Assembly: GCA_963817915.1 (NCBI GenBank)
Contig: CAWFQL010000017.1
Span: 529,704-593,703 of the forward strand
Length of the DNA: 64,000 bases
From: an uncultured candidate division Zixibacteria bacterium
Lineage (GTDB): Bacteria; Zixibacteria; MSB-5A5; UBA10806
Direction of reading: 5' to 3'
Part shown: positions 1 to 10,936 of the stretch, in pieces
Position numbering within the stretch: the first letter of the stretch is position 1
Layout of the letters: each line of letters starts with the position of its first letter
Notes under the pieces: model-generated
Told to the model about the DNA's origin: nothing
The model's input: only the letters and a program-made list of their open reading frames with translations
Databases searched by the model: none
Position numbers and translations under genes: made by a program

Positions 1-876
1 AAAGACAGTTGCGCCTATGTGGCGTCATGGAACCGCGGCCTTCAAATAATTGACATATCTAACCCGGCTAATCCCGGTCTGGCAGGAAGCTATCAAACTG
101 AGGGTGTTGCTTATGGCGTTTATGTCCTGGGCAATTATGCTTACGTGTCAGATGGGGAAGCCGGCCTCCAGATAATAAACATATCTAATCGCGCTAATCC
201 GGTTTTGACTGGAAGCTATGATACACCGGGCGAAGCCTTTGGCGTTTTTGTGCTTGGCAACTATGCTTACGTGGCAGATTATGAGGGGTCTGGTCTTCAA
301 ATAATAAACGTTTCTAATCCCGCTAATCCGGTTTTAGCCGGAAGCTATGAAACACCAGGTGATGCTATCGGTGTTTTTGTACTTGGCAATTACGCTTACG
401 TGGCGGATTATTTTTCTGGCCTTCAGATTTTAAACGTATCTAATCCTGCTAATCCGGTTTTAGCTGGAAGCTATGCTACTCCCGGCGAATCTCAAGGAGT
501 TTTTGTTCTTGGCAATTATGCATATGTGGCTGATCAATCTTCATTAATGATTCTTCATTTCCAAAACCAAACCGGGATTAATGAAAATGAAAATCTGCCA
601 GTCAAATTCTCCATTTCCCAAAACTACCCCAATCCGTTCAATGCCCAGACTATGATTCAATACACTCTGCCAACTCAATCAGAAATTTCCATCGACATCT
701 TCGATATTCTCGGCCGCAACGTAGAAAAAATTGCTGAAGGTATAAAGCCCGCGGGCAATCATCAGGCGATCTGGGATGCAAGCAATCAAGCATCGGGGAT
801 GTATTTCTATCGAATCAAAGCCGGGGATAGGGTCGAGACGAAAAAGATGACGCTGATGAATAATAGGCCTGTGTAA
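1..876 (+). CDS. LVIVD-repeat protein with C-terminal T9SS-A/FlgD-like sorting domain (5' truncated by window)
   Basis: Repeats of about 42 aa (NYAYVAD..SGLQIINVSNPANPVLAGSY); GGAAGCTAT recurs at 85, 211, 340 and 466; C-terminal QNYPNPFN...SGMYFYRI. The true end is probably KKMTLMK* near 863 (one A lost). Confidence 0.85.
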   Translation, partial: KDSCAYVASWNRGLQIIDISNPANPGLAGSYQTEGVAYGVYVLGNYAYVSDGEAGLQIINISNRANPVLTGSYDTPGEAFGVFVLGNYAYVADYEGSGLQIINVSNPANPVLAGSYETPGDAIGVFVLGNYAYVADYFSGLQILNVSNPANPVLAGSYATPGESQGVFVLGNYAYVADQSSLMILHFQNQTGINENENLPVKFSISQNYPNPFNAQTMIQYTLPTQSEISIDIFDILGRNVEKIAEGIKPAGNHQAIWDASNQASGMYFYRIKAGDRVETKKMTLMNNRPV

Positions 877-964
877 GTCGTCGTTCCGAATGTAATGAGG
901 AACGCGACAAAATGGGGCTGTCGGGTTTTCGTCCGGCGGCTGCCGGACTCAAAGCGGGACCTAC
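873..964. repeat. 92-bp REPIN-like inverted doublet (GTAA...CTAC)
   Basis: GTAAGTCG-GTTCC..GGAAC-CGAC hairpin, short spacer, then an inverted GTAG REP; a second copy lies at 1686-1777. Confidence 0.75.
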
Positions 965-1209
965 AACTCGCTTTATCGAATTAATAGCCGGGGCTTTCAA
1001 CCCGGATTTGCGGCCTTAGAAAAGGCCGCCTATTAAGGAAGCTGTATCAGTCGGTGGCTCACGACCCGACCGAACTGATATGGCCGCGGAATTAAGCATC
1101 GGCTTGACACGCTGTAGAAGATGTGGTAACGGGACATGTTTATATATCAGGATTGTGTTCATGTTTGATTACGCACAAAAAATTTACTTCGTAATATTGT
1201 GGAGGAGAA

Positions 1210-1675
1210 ATGGAAAATAAGCCGCAGATGCTATCGCATGCCGAGCTAAAAAAGCTGCGCACGCCGGTGAGAGAACGCAAATGTCGAGCATAAAGAGACG
1301 CTAACCAAACTTGAGAGATTTTCGCTAATTGTCACTGATCATATTGGCACAATGGGATTTTTCTTTGTGATTTTAGCATGGACCGGCCTCTGGCTGGGCT
1401 GGAACACCCTGGCCCCACATGGATTTCGCTTCGATCCTTTTCCGGCGTTTGTCCTTTGGCTATTTATATCCAATATGCTACAGATCTTCCTGATGCCGTT
1501 AATAATGATCGGCCAGAATCTCCAAGGGCGTCATGCGGAAATTCGAGCTGAATCCGATTTTGAGGTAAATGTTAAGGCTGAAAGAGAAATAGAAGCAATT
1601 TTGCTTCACCTGGAACATCAGAATGAACTAATGCTCAAAATTCTCGCCAATTTGGAATCAAAAAAGAGCGGCTGA
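1210..1675 (+). CDS. DUF1003-family membrane protein (frameshifted near 1270)
   Basis: GGAGGA RBS then ATG 1210 (MENKPQML...); C-terminal FDPFPAFVLWLFISNMLQIFLMPLIMIGQN...RAESDFEVNVKAE motif. Confidence 0.75.
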
Positions 1676-1685
1676 TCCAGCTCTG

Positions 1686-1839
1686 GTAAGTCGGCGTTCC
1701 CGATTACGAGAGATATTCGACCAAATCAAGCTGTCGGGTTTTCGTCCGGCAGCCGCCGGACTCAAACCGCGACCTACTGCCTGAGTGCAACAAAGAACCC
1801 GACAAAATCGGGCTATCGGGTTTTTCAAACCCGATCTAC
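1686..1839. repeat. REPIN-like doublet copy 2 plus a further REP
   Basis: Right 48 bp are 44/48 identical to 917-964; followed by ATCGGGTTTTTCAAACCCGATCTAC. Confidence 0.75.
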
Positions 1840-1968
1840 GGCTGGCAGGAATCTCCCCGCACTACTTCCCTGATTGACAAACCGAATCTATTCACCTATA
1901 TTGACCACCTGTTAATATGGAGGCTTGTCCGCATTTGGGCCTTCAATCGAATGGCTTTTTAAAGGGGT

Positions 1969-2556
1969 GTGAAATTGGCTCTATCTAAAGGCGCGTTAAT
2001 AGGCATTATTATCGGGGCGGTCGTGATTTTTGGCATTATAATTATCGCCCTGAGCATCATAGTTCCGTATAATTCCATGACCAGCAAGCAAATACTGGTC
2101 GATAAATCATGGTCGGATGTCGATAACCAGCTCCAGAGGCGAAACGATCTAATCCCCAATCTGGTTGAGACAGTCAAAGGTTATGCTACCCATGAGAATA
2201 CGCTTTTTACCAATATTGCCAATGCCCGCGCCAAATTGGCCGGGGCAGGCTCGGTGCAAGATAAAATCAACGCCTCCAATGAGCTCAGCGGATTCCTGTC
2301 GCGCTTATTGATGGTAGTAGAAAATTATCCGCAGTTAAAAGCCAACGAAAGCTTCATGAAGCTCCAGGACGAATTAGCCGGGACCGAAAACCGTATCTCG
2401 GTTGCCAGAGTCCGCTACAATGAAGCAGTTACAAGCTACAATACTCAAATCCGAGTATTTCCCTCCAATCTGATCGCCGGAATGTTTAACTTCAAAGAAA
2501 AAGCATTCTTCGTGGCGCCCGAATCAGCCAAGGCAGTACCGCAGGTTAAATTTTAG
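1969..2556 (+). CDS. lemA: LemA family protein
   Basis: N-terminal TM segment; WSDVDNQLQRRNDLIPNLVETVKGYA; VVENYPQLKANESF; ELAGTENRI. Confidence 0.93.
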   Translation: MKLALSKGALIGIIIGAVVIFGIIIIALSIIVPYNSMTSKQILVDKSWSDVDNQLQRRNDLIPNLVETVKGYATHENTLFTNIANARAKLAGAGSVQDKINASNELSGFLSRLLMVVENYPQLKANESFMKLQDELAGTENRISVARVRYNEAVTSYNTQIRVFPSNLIAGMFNFKEKAFFVAPESAKAVPQVKF

Positions 2557-2616
2557 TTTACCTGCGATTTGAAATATTTTGGGATAGCATCGGGCTATTC
2601 AGCAGTTCTTTAAGAT

Positions 2617-2989
2617 AGCAGGTCGGGCGGTCGCTTCCGGTTAATCCCGGGAGAGGAAAGTCCGAGCTTTCAAGGGCGAAGATGCCTCGTAACGCGAGGG
2701 GGCCGGGCTCGAAAGATACCGGCTACGGACAGCGCCACAGAAAATATACCGTCCGGCGCAAGTTGGATAAGGGTGAAATGGCGGTGTAAGAGACCACCGG
2801 GTCGGCCGCAAGGCTGATCGCATGGCAAGCCCCATCGGAAAGAAAGGCCAAATAAGAGGAGAGAGGCTGCCCGTCTCATTCGATCCTCGGGTAGGCCGCA
2901 TGATCCTCGTGGCGACACTGGGACAAGATAGATGGCCGCCGCTTTCGGAGTAAAATCCGCGAGTACAGAACTCGGCTTACAGACCTGCT
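2617..2989 (+). ncRNA. rnpB: RNase P RNA (type A)
   Basis: GAGGAAAGTCCGAGCT, ACAGAAA, GGTGAAATGGCGGTGTAAGAGACCACCG and ACAGAACTCGGCTTAC; terminal P1 helix AGCAGGTC/GACCTGCT. Confidence 0.95.
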
Positions 2990-3022
2990 TGATTTTGGGA
3001 ATTATTATTGGAGTGGAGATAA

Positions 3023-4747
3023 ATGGAGTTAAAATGGGTTGTCCAACCCGATCCCGAATACAGTTCAGTTCGCAGATTAGCTCAAGAAGTTAATGTCCCT
3101 GAAATAGCCGCCAGAATTTTGGCCGCCAGAGGACTTTCCGATTCGACGGCGGCTCGGAAATTCCTCAATCCCAGTTTATCAGATTTATTTGATCCATTTC
3201 GCATGGGCGGGATGGATAAAGCTGTCGAACGGGTCATCAGAGCGTTAAAAAATAACGAACGAATGATGATATATGGCGATTACGATGTCGATGGCATCAC
3301 CGGCACGGCCTTGACATTTTCCGTACTTAATCGTCTCGGCGCCAATGTCTCTTACTATCTCCCCAATCGTCTTCTTGAAGGATACGGTATCTCCGAAGAT
3401 GGTCTGCAGGAAGCCGAAAAGCGAAAAATCCAGCTACTGATTTCAGTCGATTGCGGTATTACGGCAGTCTCCGAAGTCGAATACGCCCGCGGCAAAGGTA
3501 TCGATTGTATTATCACCGACCATCACGAGCCGGGCGATAAAATTCCTGATGCCAATGCTATCGTGAATGCCAAGATCGATGGCCCCGACAGCCCCGGTTT
3601 TGAGCTTTCCGCTGTTGGAGTGGCATACAAGTTTTCGCAGGCATTATATCGTCAGCTCGGGCAGGATGAAGTCGAACTCGAACAGCATCTCGATTTGGTC
3701 GCGCTCGGCACCGCGGCTGATATTGTCCCCATGATTGGCGAAAATAGAATATTGACAAAATTTGGTCTCGATCAAATCGCGCGGACCACCAAGCCCGGCC
3801 TGAAAGCATTGATTTTTATCGCTGGTCTTATGGGACAAAAAATCGGCACCGGACAGGTCGTGTTTATACTCGCTCCGCGTATCAACGCCATCGGCCGCCT
3901 GGGTGATGCACAGCAGGCGATCAAGCTTTTAACCACCAAAGATGAATCAAAAGCCAACGCCATCGCTCGTGTGCTTAACGCTGAAAATAAACGCCGCAAA
4001 GATATCGACGAGCAAACATTGAATGAGGCTTTGGAGCTTATCGAAACCGAAGTCGATATGAACCGCGATAAGGCCATAGTGCTGGCGTCGAGGGGATGGC
4101 ATCAGGGAGTGATCGGAATTGTCGCGTCGAGGCTTGTCGAACGGTATCATCGCCCGACAGTCATGATCGCTATCGACGGCAATGAAGGCAAGGGCTCGGC
4201 TCGTTCGATACCAGGATTCCATCTGTATGAAGCGTTGAAGGCTTGCGAAGGTGAATTGCTTCGCTACGGCGGACACAAATACGCCGCGGGACTTTCAATT
4301 GCCCCGGAAAAAATCGATTCATTCAGGAAGATGCTCAATGAGGTATCATCACGCATGCTCACCGAGGAAGACCTGGTGCCGAAGCTCGATATCGATGCTG
4401 AATTGGAATTGGATAAGATCGATGATAACCTTGTTGTCTATCTGGAAAAATTCGCGCCATTCGGGCCGATGAATATGAGGCCGGTATTTGTAAGCTACGC
4501 GATAGAAATTATCGGGGCTCCGCATATAGTCGGTCACAACCATCTGAAATTCCGTGTCCGCAAGGGCGACAAGATAATAGATTGTATTGGGTTCAATTAC
4601 GGCGAATTTTTGAAGCAGCTAAGCTATCGCCCAATGCTGGTTGATATGGCATACGTGATTGAGCATAACTATTGGAACGGCGCCAATCGGATTCAGTTGC
4701 GAATCAAGGCTATTCGCCTGGCAGGCCAGACCAACCAATTGCAATAA
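3023..4747 (+). CDS. recJ: Single-stranded-DNA-specific exonuclease RecJ
   Basis: YGDYDVDG, VDCG, TDHH, GGHKYAAG motifs. Confidence 0.96.
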   Translation: MELKWVVQPDPEYSSVRRLAQEVNVPEIAARILAARGLSDSTAARKFLNPSLSDLFDPFRMGGMDKAVERVIRALKNNERMMIYGDYDVDGITGTALTFSVLNRLGANVSYYLPNRLLEGYGISEDGLQEAEKRKIQLLISVDCGITAVSEVEYARGKGIDCIITDHHEPGDKIPDANAIVNAKIDGPDSPGFELSAVGVAYKFSQALYRQLGQDEVELEQHLDLVALGTAADIVPMIGENRILTKFGLDQIARTTKPGLKALIFIAGLMGQKIGTGQVVFILAPRINAIGRLGDAQQAIKLLTTKDESKANAIARVLNAENKRRKDIDEQTLNEALELIETEVDMNRDKAIVLASRGWHQGVIGIVASRLVERYHRPTVMIAIDGNEGKGSARSIPGFHLYEALKACEGELLRYGGHKYAAGLSIAPEKIDSFRKMLNEVSSRMLTEEDLVPKLDIDAELELDKIDDNLVVYLEKFAPFGPMNMRPVFVSYAIEIIGAPHIVGHNHLKFRVRKGDKIIDCIGFNYGEFLKQLSYRPMLVDMAYVIEHNYWNGANRIQLRIKAIRLAGQTNQLQ

Positions 4748-4778
4748 TAATTTCATAAGAAAATAATCTATAAAATTT

Positions 4779-4956
4779 GGTGGCATGCTTGTCCGCCATA
4801 GGCGGATCAGCATGTAACGCGATTTCGCTACTGCTTGTCATTCCGCACTCGCCGGGAATTAGCAGATTGGACACGCAAGATTCCCGCTTTCGCGGGAATG
4901 ACAGGGTAGATTTAGGTCGTGGTCTGAGTCCCGCGAGCGCCGGACGAAAACCCGGC
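4779..4956. repeat. Cluster of three palindromic element types between convergent recJ and PBP1A
   Basis: CATGCT-TCCGCC/GGCGGA-AGCATG hairpin; inverted GTCATT pair 4836-4903 containing ATTCCC-N8-GGGAAT; degenerate GTAGGTCG-family REP 4913-4956. Confidence 0.7.
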
Positions 4957-4962
4957 ATCCCT

Positions 4963-7101
4963 CTAGAATCTTTCCTTCTTGCCCTTTTCTATTCGGAATC
5001 TTCTCTGGGTCTCGTCGGTCGAACGTTTATAGCGATGGTCGAGATGGCATTGCGTCTTGGGCAAGGTCATATCAGTAAAGAGATCGGTAACTGTTCGCGG
5101 GCAGTCTTCCTTGGCTAATTCACCCGAATCGAGACATATCGTGGCCGTATAAATTCCAGGCGGAACAGGGAAATCTCTGGGCGGCATTTTCGCGGTCGCC
5201 TTCAGCATGAAATTAGTCCATACCGGCAATGCCGTTGTCGCGCCTACTTCGCCCTTGCCGATACCGATTTTCGTTTTGTCATCGAATCCAACCCAAACCC
5301 CGGCAGTTATCTGCGGAATAAACCCGATAAACCAGGTGTCGGTGTTGCTATTCGAGGTGCCGGTCTTGCCTCCGGCCGGACGATCAAATCCCCTGAGTCT
5401 CGCGCCAACTCCCGTGCCATGATCTACTACAGTCTGAAGCATGCTGGTAATGATATATGAAGTCTGCGGCGAGAGCACTTCTTCCTGATCAGCGCGCGGC
5501 TTGTCATATTTGATATGGCCATCGCGATCGACAATTTTCGTAATATAAAATGGCTCTTTGCGAATTCCGCCATTAGGGAATATCGAAAAGGCCGGGACTA
5601 TATCCCACATGGTAACTTCTGATGAACCAATCGCCAATGACGGCACCGGATTCAAATGCTCCTTGATTCCCATCCGTTGAGCGAAATCAACAACCTGTTG
5701 AGCTGTCACCAAAGGATCCATCATCAGTTTTATTGAGATCAGGTTTCGCGATTCTTTTAGTCCGTCACGCAACGTCATTTCACCCTTGAATTTCTCATCA
5801 AAATTGGAGGGGCGCCATTCCTCGCCGCCTGCCATCAGGACTATAGGCGAGTCAAGCATTAGATCAGATGGCGAAAAGCCGTTGTCGATTGCCGTAGTAT
5901 ATACAAATGGCTTAAACGCCGAGCCGGGCTGCCTTAATGCTTGTGTCACTCGAATGAATTTACTTTGATTGAAATCCCGGCCGCCGATAAAAACCAGCAC
6001 TCCGCCAGTCTCATTATCAACCGCCATCATCATTCCCTGAAGCTGCTTATAGACTCTCTTGAATCCATATCCTTTTTCCGTATCTGCGGTCAGGTAGGTA
6101 TAATTGACATCATAGGGTCTATAGAATGATTCAATCTGGCGTTGTAGGGTATCAATTTCAGAGTATAACGCTTGCTCAGCTTCCACCTGCATATCCAAAT
6201 CGAGTGTTGTATATATATTCATCCCCGATGAATACAGCGCTTCTTCGCCGTATGTCTCATAGAGATATTGCCTGATCAATTCCGTGAAATATGGCGCCTG
6301 GCCAATATTCCCCTGATTTAGATTTATCTCCAACGGCAATTGCTTCAGGCTATCGGCCATGGCTTTCGATAATCTGCCGGTATCAACCAGCGAGTCGAAT
6401 ACGATGTTGCGTCTCTTAGTAGCACGATCAGGATGATCGACAGGAGAATAACGATTCGGAGCTTTCAATAAACCGATTAGAACAGCGCAATCATTCAAAG
6501 TCAATTGTGAGGCATCCTTGGAGAAATAAGTCTGCGCCGCCGCCTGGATACCATACGCGCCCCTGCCGAAATAATTATGATTAATATACATCTGCAGGAT
6601 TTCATTCTTGGAATACATCCGCTCAATTTTTATCGCAGTCAACGCTTCTTTTATTTTACGAATGTAGGTTTTCTCGGGCGTTAAGAAAAGCGATCTCGAT
6701 AGCTGCTGAGTAATTGTCGATGCCCCTTCGGCGGTGAGGTCGAATTTTATCAAGTTATTGAATGTTGCTCCGGCTATCCGGCGGATATCAATTCCCCAAT
6801 GACTATAAAATTTTCTATCTTCGGTTGCCAGGAGGCAATCAATCAAATACGGCGGAATCTTGTCATAAGGAATCAATATGCGCCGTTCATTGTAAAATTC
6901 CTTTATGACTTTGCCGTTTCGGTCATAGACGCGCGTTATCAGGCTCGGCTGAATGTTATGCAGCTGCGCCAGCGACGGCAAATCCTTCTGCAGTGAATTT
7001 ATTATGAGCAGGCCAATCACAACGATGGCCAGTATTAATGCCAGTCCGAAGTACACATACCTCGATCGGCCCGGGAATTTCAGCGTAAAGTATTTTGACA
7101 T
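4963..7101 (-). CDS. Class A penicillin-binding protein (PBP1A family)
   Basis: Transglycosylase EDRKFYSH and GASTITQQL; transpeptidase SAFK, SRN and KTG motifs. Confidence 0.93.
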   Translation of the reverse strand: MSKYFTLKFPGRSRYVYFGLALILAIVVIGLLIINSLQKDLPSLAQLHNIQPSLITRVYDRNGKVIKEFYNERRILIPYDKIPPYLIDCLLATEDRKFYSHWGIDIRRIAGATFNNLIKFDLTAEGASTITQQLSRSLFLTPEKTYIRKIKEALTAIKIERMYSKNEILQMYINHNYFGRGAYGIQAAAQTYFSKDASQLTLNDCAVLIGLLKAPNRYSPVDHPDRATKRRNIVFDSLVDTGRLSKAMADSLKQLPLEINLNQGNIGQAPYFTELIRQYLYETYGEEALYSSGMNIYTTLDLDMQVEAEQALYSEIDTLQRQIESFYRPYDVNYTYLTADTEKGYGFKRVYKQLQGMMMAVDNETGGVLVFIGGRDFNQSKFIRVTQALRQPGSAFKPFVYTTAIDNGFSPSDLMLDSPIVLMAGGEEWRPSNFDEKFKGEMTLRDGLKESRNLISIKLMMDPLVTAQQVVDFAQRMGIKEHLNPVPSLAIGSSEVTMWDIVPAFSIFPNGGIRKEPFYITKIVDRDGHIKYDKPRADQEEVLSPQTSYIITSMLQTVVDHGTGVGARLRGFDRPAGGKTGTSNSNTDTWFIGFIPQITAGVWVGFDDKTKIGIGKGEVGATTALPVWTNFMLKATAKMPPRDFPVPPGIYTATICLDSGELAKEDCPRTVTDLFTDMTLPKTQCHLDHRYKRSTDETQRRFRIEKGKKERF

Positions 7102-7215
7102 AAGCGCTAATTTAGTTTCGCCGGCTTTACTGTCAAGCCATATTCTTAGTATTTGCTTGCAATAATTGCCTTACGACGTTAATTTTACGTTCTGTTTGAA
7201 AAGGAGTTCCAGGCG

Positions 7216-8436
7216 ATGAAATTAAGACCGGAAGAGCAATTAGAATTAATTAAACGCGGCACAGTAGAAATTATCAGAGAAGAAGAGCTTCTCCAAAAGC
7301 TCACCAAATCATTCAATACCGGCAAGCCCCTGATTATAAAGCAGGGATTTGATCCCACCGCGCCGGATATACATATTGGGCATATGGTATCAATTAATAA
7401 ACTCAAGACTTTTCAGGAGCTTGGACATACGGTCGTATTTCTAATAGGAGATTTTACTGGCATGATCGGCGATCCATCGGGAAGGACCGCTACACGAAAA
7501 CAGCTTACCAGAGAAGAAGTCCTTATTAATGCCGAGACTTACAAAAAGCAGATCTTTAAGGTGCTCGATCCCAAATCCACGGTAATCGATTTTAATTCTC
7601 GCTGGAGCCTGCCAATGACATTTCAGGACGTGTTGGAATTGACATCTCGTTATACGGTGGCCCGGATTCTCGAACGAGACGATTTCTCAAAACGATATTC
7701 CGAAGGCCGTCCGATCAGCATGCTGGAATTCATGTATCCATTGGTGCAGGGATATGACTCGGTCGCGCTCAAAGCCGATGTCGAGCTTGGCGGGACCGAT
7801 CAAAAATTCAATCTATTGGTCGGACGCGATCTCCAGCGCGAATATGGCATGGAACCTCAGGTGGTAATCACCATGCCGCTGCTGGTCGGCACCGATGGTG
7901 TCGAGAAGATGTCGAAATCGCTTGGCAATTATATCGGCATCAACGATCCGCCCGAACAGATATTCGGGAAGACCATGTCGATTTCCGATAATATGATTTA
8001 CGATTATTTTGTATTGGCTACAGATGTTTCCACCGACGAACTCGCTGAAATAAAGAAACAGCTCGATACCCCCGGCGTAAATCCAATGACATTGAAGAAA
8101 CGTCTGGGTTGGAAATTGGTTGAAATCTATCACGGCAAAGAAGAAGCCGACAAAGCTCAGGGCGGATTCGAGAAACAATTCTCCAAACGGGAAGTGCCGG
8201 ATGAAATACCCGAACTGCTGATAGAATCCAATGATGATACCGCTTGGCTACCGGCCGTGATTACCGCCTCAGGGGTAACAAGCTCCAATAGCGAATCGAT
8301 TCGCCTTATCAAACAGGGCGGCATAAAGAAGGACGATGAGGTATTAAAAGATAAAGATTATCGCGTATCTTTGGTTGACAATGTCGTATTGAAAATTGGC
8401 AAAAAAAATTACTTCAGAATAGGTAAGAAGAGATAA
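7216..8436 (+). CDS. tyrS: Tyrosine--tRNA ligase
   Basis: [24 protein letters not shown]-terminal S4 domain. Confidence 0.96.
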   Translation: MKLRPEEQLELIKRGTVEIIREEELLQKLTKSFNTGKPLIIKQGFDPTAPDIHIGHMVSINKLKTFQELGHTVVFLIGDFTGMIGDPSGRTATRKQLTREEVLINAETYKKQIFKVLDPKSTVIDFNSRWSLPMTFQDVLELTSRYTVARILERDDFSKRYSEGRPISMLEFMYPLVQGYDSVALKADVELGGTDQKFNLLVGRDLQREYGMEPQVVITMPLLVGTDGVEKMSKSLGNYIGINDPPEQIFGKTMSISDNMIYDYFVLATDVSTDELAEIKKQLDTPGVNPMTLKKRLGWKLVEIYHGKEEADKAQGGFEKQFSKREVPDEIPELLIESNDDTAWLPAVITASGVTSSNSESIRLIKQGGIKKDDEVLKDKDYRVSLVDNVVLKIGKKNYFRIGKKR

Positions 8437-8437
8437 T

Positions 8438-9533
8438 ATGGAAATAGCTGTAAATATCGAAGATCTCAAGTCCCGTCTGGAAAAACTCCGGAGGTATCTT
8501 TGAGATCGATAATCTTCAAATCCAGGTCGAGAAGCTTGATAAGGAATCGCAAGCCGGCGATTTTTGGAATGACAATCAGAAGGCTCAAGGAATTCTAAAA
8601 AGGCTTAATTTCCTTAAAAAGACAATTGCCGACTGGGAATCGTTAAAAAAAGATATTAATGACACTGCCGAATTGATCACGCTTTCGCAATCGGAGAGCG
8701 ATGAATCGATGGTGCAGGAGATCATCTCGCACGCCGAGAAGATCACGCTCCATCTGGAAGATTTCGAGCTCCGCAGTTTTCTATCAAACGAAGAAGATTC
8801 CAAGAACGCCATATTATCGATTCATCCTGGCGCGGGCGGCACCGAATCGCAGGACTGGGCTTCGATGCTTCTGCGCATGTATCTCCGTTGGGCGGAGAAA
8901 CGAGGCTTCGTTACGGAAATGATGGATTATCAGGATGGCGAAGAGGCTGGGATCAAATCGGCGACTCTCGAAATCAAAGGCGAATATGTCTACGGCTATC
9001 TGAAATCAGAATCCGGCGTGCATCGGCTGGTGCGCATATCGCCATTCGATGCCAACAAACGGCGTCATACGTCATTCGCGTCGGTATTCGTATTTCCCGA
9101 AACCGACGAGGATATCAATATCGAAATAAATCCAGATGATCTCAAGATCGATACTTATCGCGCATCCGGCGCAGGCGGCCAGCATGTCAACAAAACATCA
9201 TCTGCGGTAAGGATTACACATGAGCCGACCGGGATAGTTGTTCAATGCCAGACCGAACGATCTCAGCATAAAAACCGAGAGTCGGCCATGAAGGTTTTGA
9301 AGGCCCGTCTCTATCAAAGAGCGTTGGAAGAAGAACGGGCCAAAATGGCGGTAGTCGAGGCAACCAAGAAAAAGATCGAATGGGGTTCGCAGATCAGATC
9401 GTATGTATTCCAGCCGTATAATCTGGTCAAGGATCACCGCACTGATCACGAAACTTCCAATACGGGTGCCGTTATGGATGGCGCCATAGATGAATTCATT
9501 CACGCGTTTTTGGCTCATAAAGATGAAGGGTAG
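8438..9533 (+). CDS. prfB: Peptide chain release factor 2 with programmed +1 frameshift
   Basis: ATG 8438; GGAGG-TAT-CTT-TGA at 8490-8503; the +1 frame from 8502 is continuous with ORF 8673-9533; SPF and GGQ motifs. Confidence 0.95.
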
Positions 9534-9539
9534 GGTAAG

Positions 9540-10538
9540 ATGAGGATTATCGATGAGATTCAAGGCAAAGCCCGAAAATTAAAGGCGAAAATTGTCCTTC
9601 CGGAAGGCACGGAGGAGAGGACAGTCCAGGCGGCGGGGAAATTAGCCGCCAATGATATCAGTTTTCCCATACTATTGGGGAACGAAGCAGAAATAAAGAA
9701 GCTCTGCGATAAATTCAAAATTGATACCGGTAAAATCGGCATTGTCCAGCCTGACAAAGATTCTGATTACGAATCATATATCAATGAATATTGTGAGATG
9801 CGCAAGGCCAAGGGGATGACTCTCGATCAGGCCAGGCAGGCGTTCAAGAGCACATTATTCTATGGCGCCATGATGGTTCGTCACGGTCGCGCCGATGGCT
9901 CTGTGGCGGGGGCGTTGAGCGCTACCGGCGATGTGCTGCGCGCGGCCATCCATTGTATCGGATTGGCCAAGGGGATCGATGTCGTATCGTCATCATTCCT
10001 GATGGTGATACCGGAATTTCGCGGCGAAAAAGAGAAGCTGTTCGTATTCGCTGATTGCGCCGTAATTCCCGATCCGACAATCGAGCAACTGGCATCGATA
10101 ACAATATCATCCGCGGAGACCATGCGCAAACTTGGCGGACAGGAGCCGAAGGTTGCCATGCTGTCATTCTCAACGAAAGGTTCAGCCAAACATGAGAAGG
10201 TCGACAAAGTCCTCGCGGCGATGGAATTGGTTAAGCAAAAAGCCCCGAATCTCGCTATTGATGGCGAATTGCAGCTTGATGCCGCCATCATTCCCGATAT
10301 CGGCAAACGGAAAGCCCCTGGCTCTGCTATCGCGGGCAACGCCAATGTTTTGATATTCCCCGATCTTGGCTCAGGCAATATCGGCTATAAGCTTACACAA
10401 CGATTAGCAGGCGCAGAGGCAATCGGCCCGATTATTCAGGGATTGGCAAAACCCGCCAATGATCTCTCGCGCGGCTGTTCGGTCGATGACATCGTCAATG
10501 TCGCCGCCATCGCCTCGGTCTTAGCCAAAGGCATGTAA
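9540..10538 (+). CDS. pta: Phosphate acetyltransferase
   Basis: IVLPEG, FADCAV, SFSTKGS, DGELQLDAA, DLSRGCS. Confidence 0.93.
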   Translation: MRIIDEIQGKARKLKAKIVLPEGTEERTVQAAGKLAANDISFPILLGNEAEIKKLCDKFKIDTGKIGIVQPDKDSDYESYINEYCEMRKAKGMTLDQARQAFKSTLFYGAMMVRHGRADGSVAGALSATGDVLRAAIHCIGLAKGIDVVSSSFLMVIPEFRGEKEKLFVFADCAVIPDPTIEQLASITISSAETMRKLGGQEPKVAMLSFSTKGSAKHEKVDKVLAAMELVKQKAPNLAIDGELQLDAAIIPDIGKRKAPGSAIAGNANVLIFPDLGSGNIGYKLTQRLAGAEAIGPIIQGLAKPANDLSRGCSVDDIVNVAAIASVLAKGM

Positions 10539-10557
10539 AAATATTTAGTCTTATCTC

Positions 10558-10801
10558 GTGGGGCGTCGACTACACGCCCCTTTTTTATTTATCTCGAATC
10601 TTCGGTAGGGGCGGGTTTCAAACCCGCCCTCTTTTTGTTTTTACAGTCATTGCGAGTCCGCCGCAGGCGGACGAAGCAATCTGAAGGCGGCGTATAGATT
10701 GCTTCGTCGTCCGTCAAAAGCCGGACTCCTCGCAATGACTTCGGGAATATAGCCGTAGGTCGGCGTTCCGAGTCCGGCATCTGCCGGACGAGAAACCCGA
10801 C
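10558..10801. repeat. Terminator-like hairpin followed by a REP cluster
   Basis: GGGGCGT/ACGCCCC+T6; GTAGGGGCGGGTTTCAAACCCGCCC 10605-10629; GTCATTGCGAG...CTCGCAATGAC 10646-10739; GTAGGTCGG...CCCGAC 10755-10801. Confidence 0.8.
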
Positions 10802-10936
10802 ATCCTGTATGCCCCGGCTATTAACTTTCAATCCCTCCTTGACATCATGGGCATCGCTGTATATTATTTCTGCGGTCAGTAATTGAAATCAGATTTGGCT
10901 TTATTCCGCCTCGCGCTATACGGGGCCAGAGGACTT

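Noticed and set aside
2641..2918. Two minus-strand ORFs
   Set aside because: They are antisense to RNase P RNA.
4710..5118. Small ORFs in repeat clusters (also 815-1000, 10589-10831, 13852-14034, 14512-14870, 40168-40710)
   Set aside because: They are translations of palindromic repeats or antisense shadows, with no RBS or domain support.
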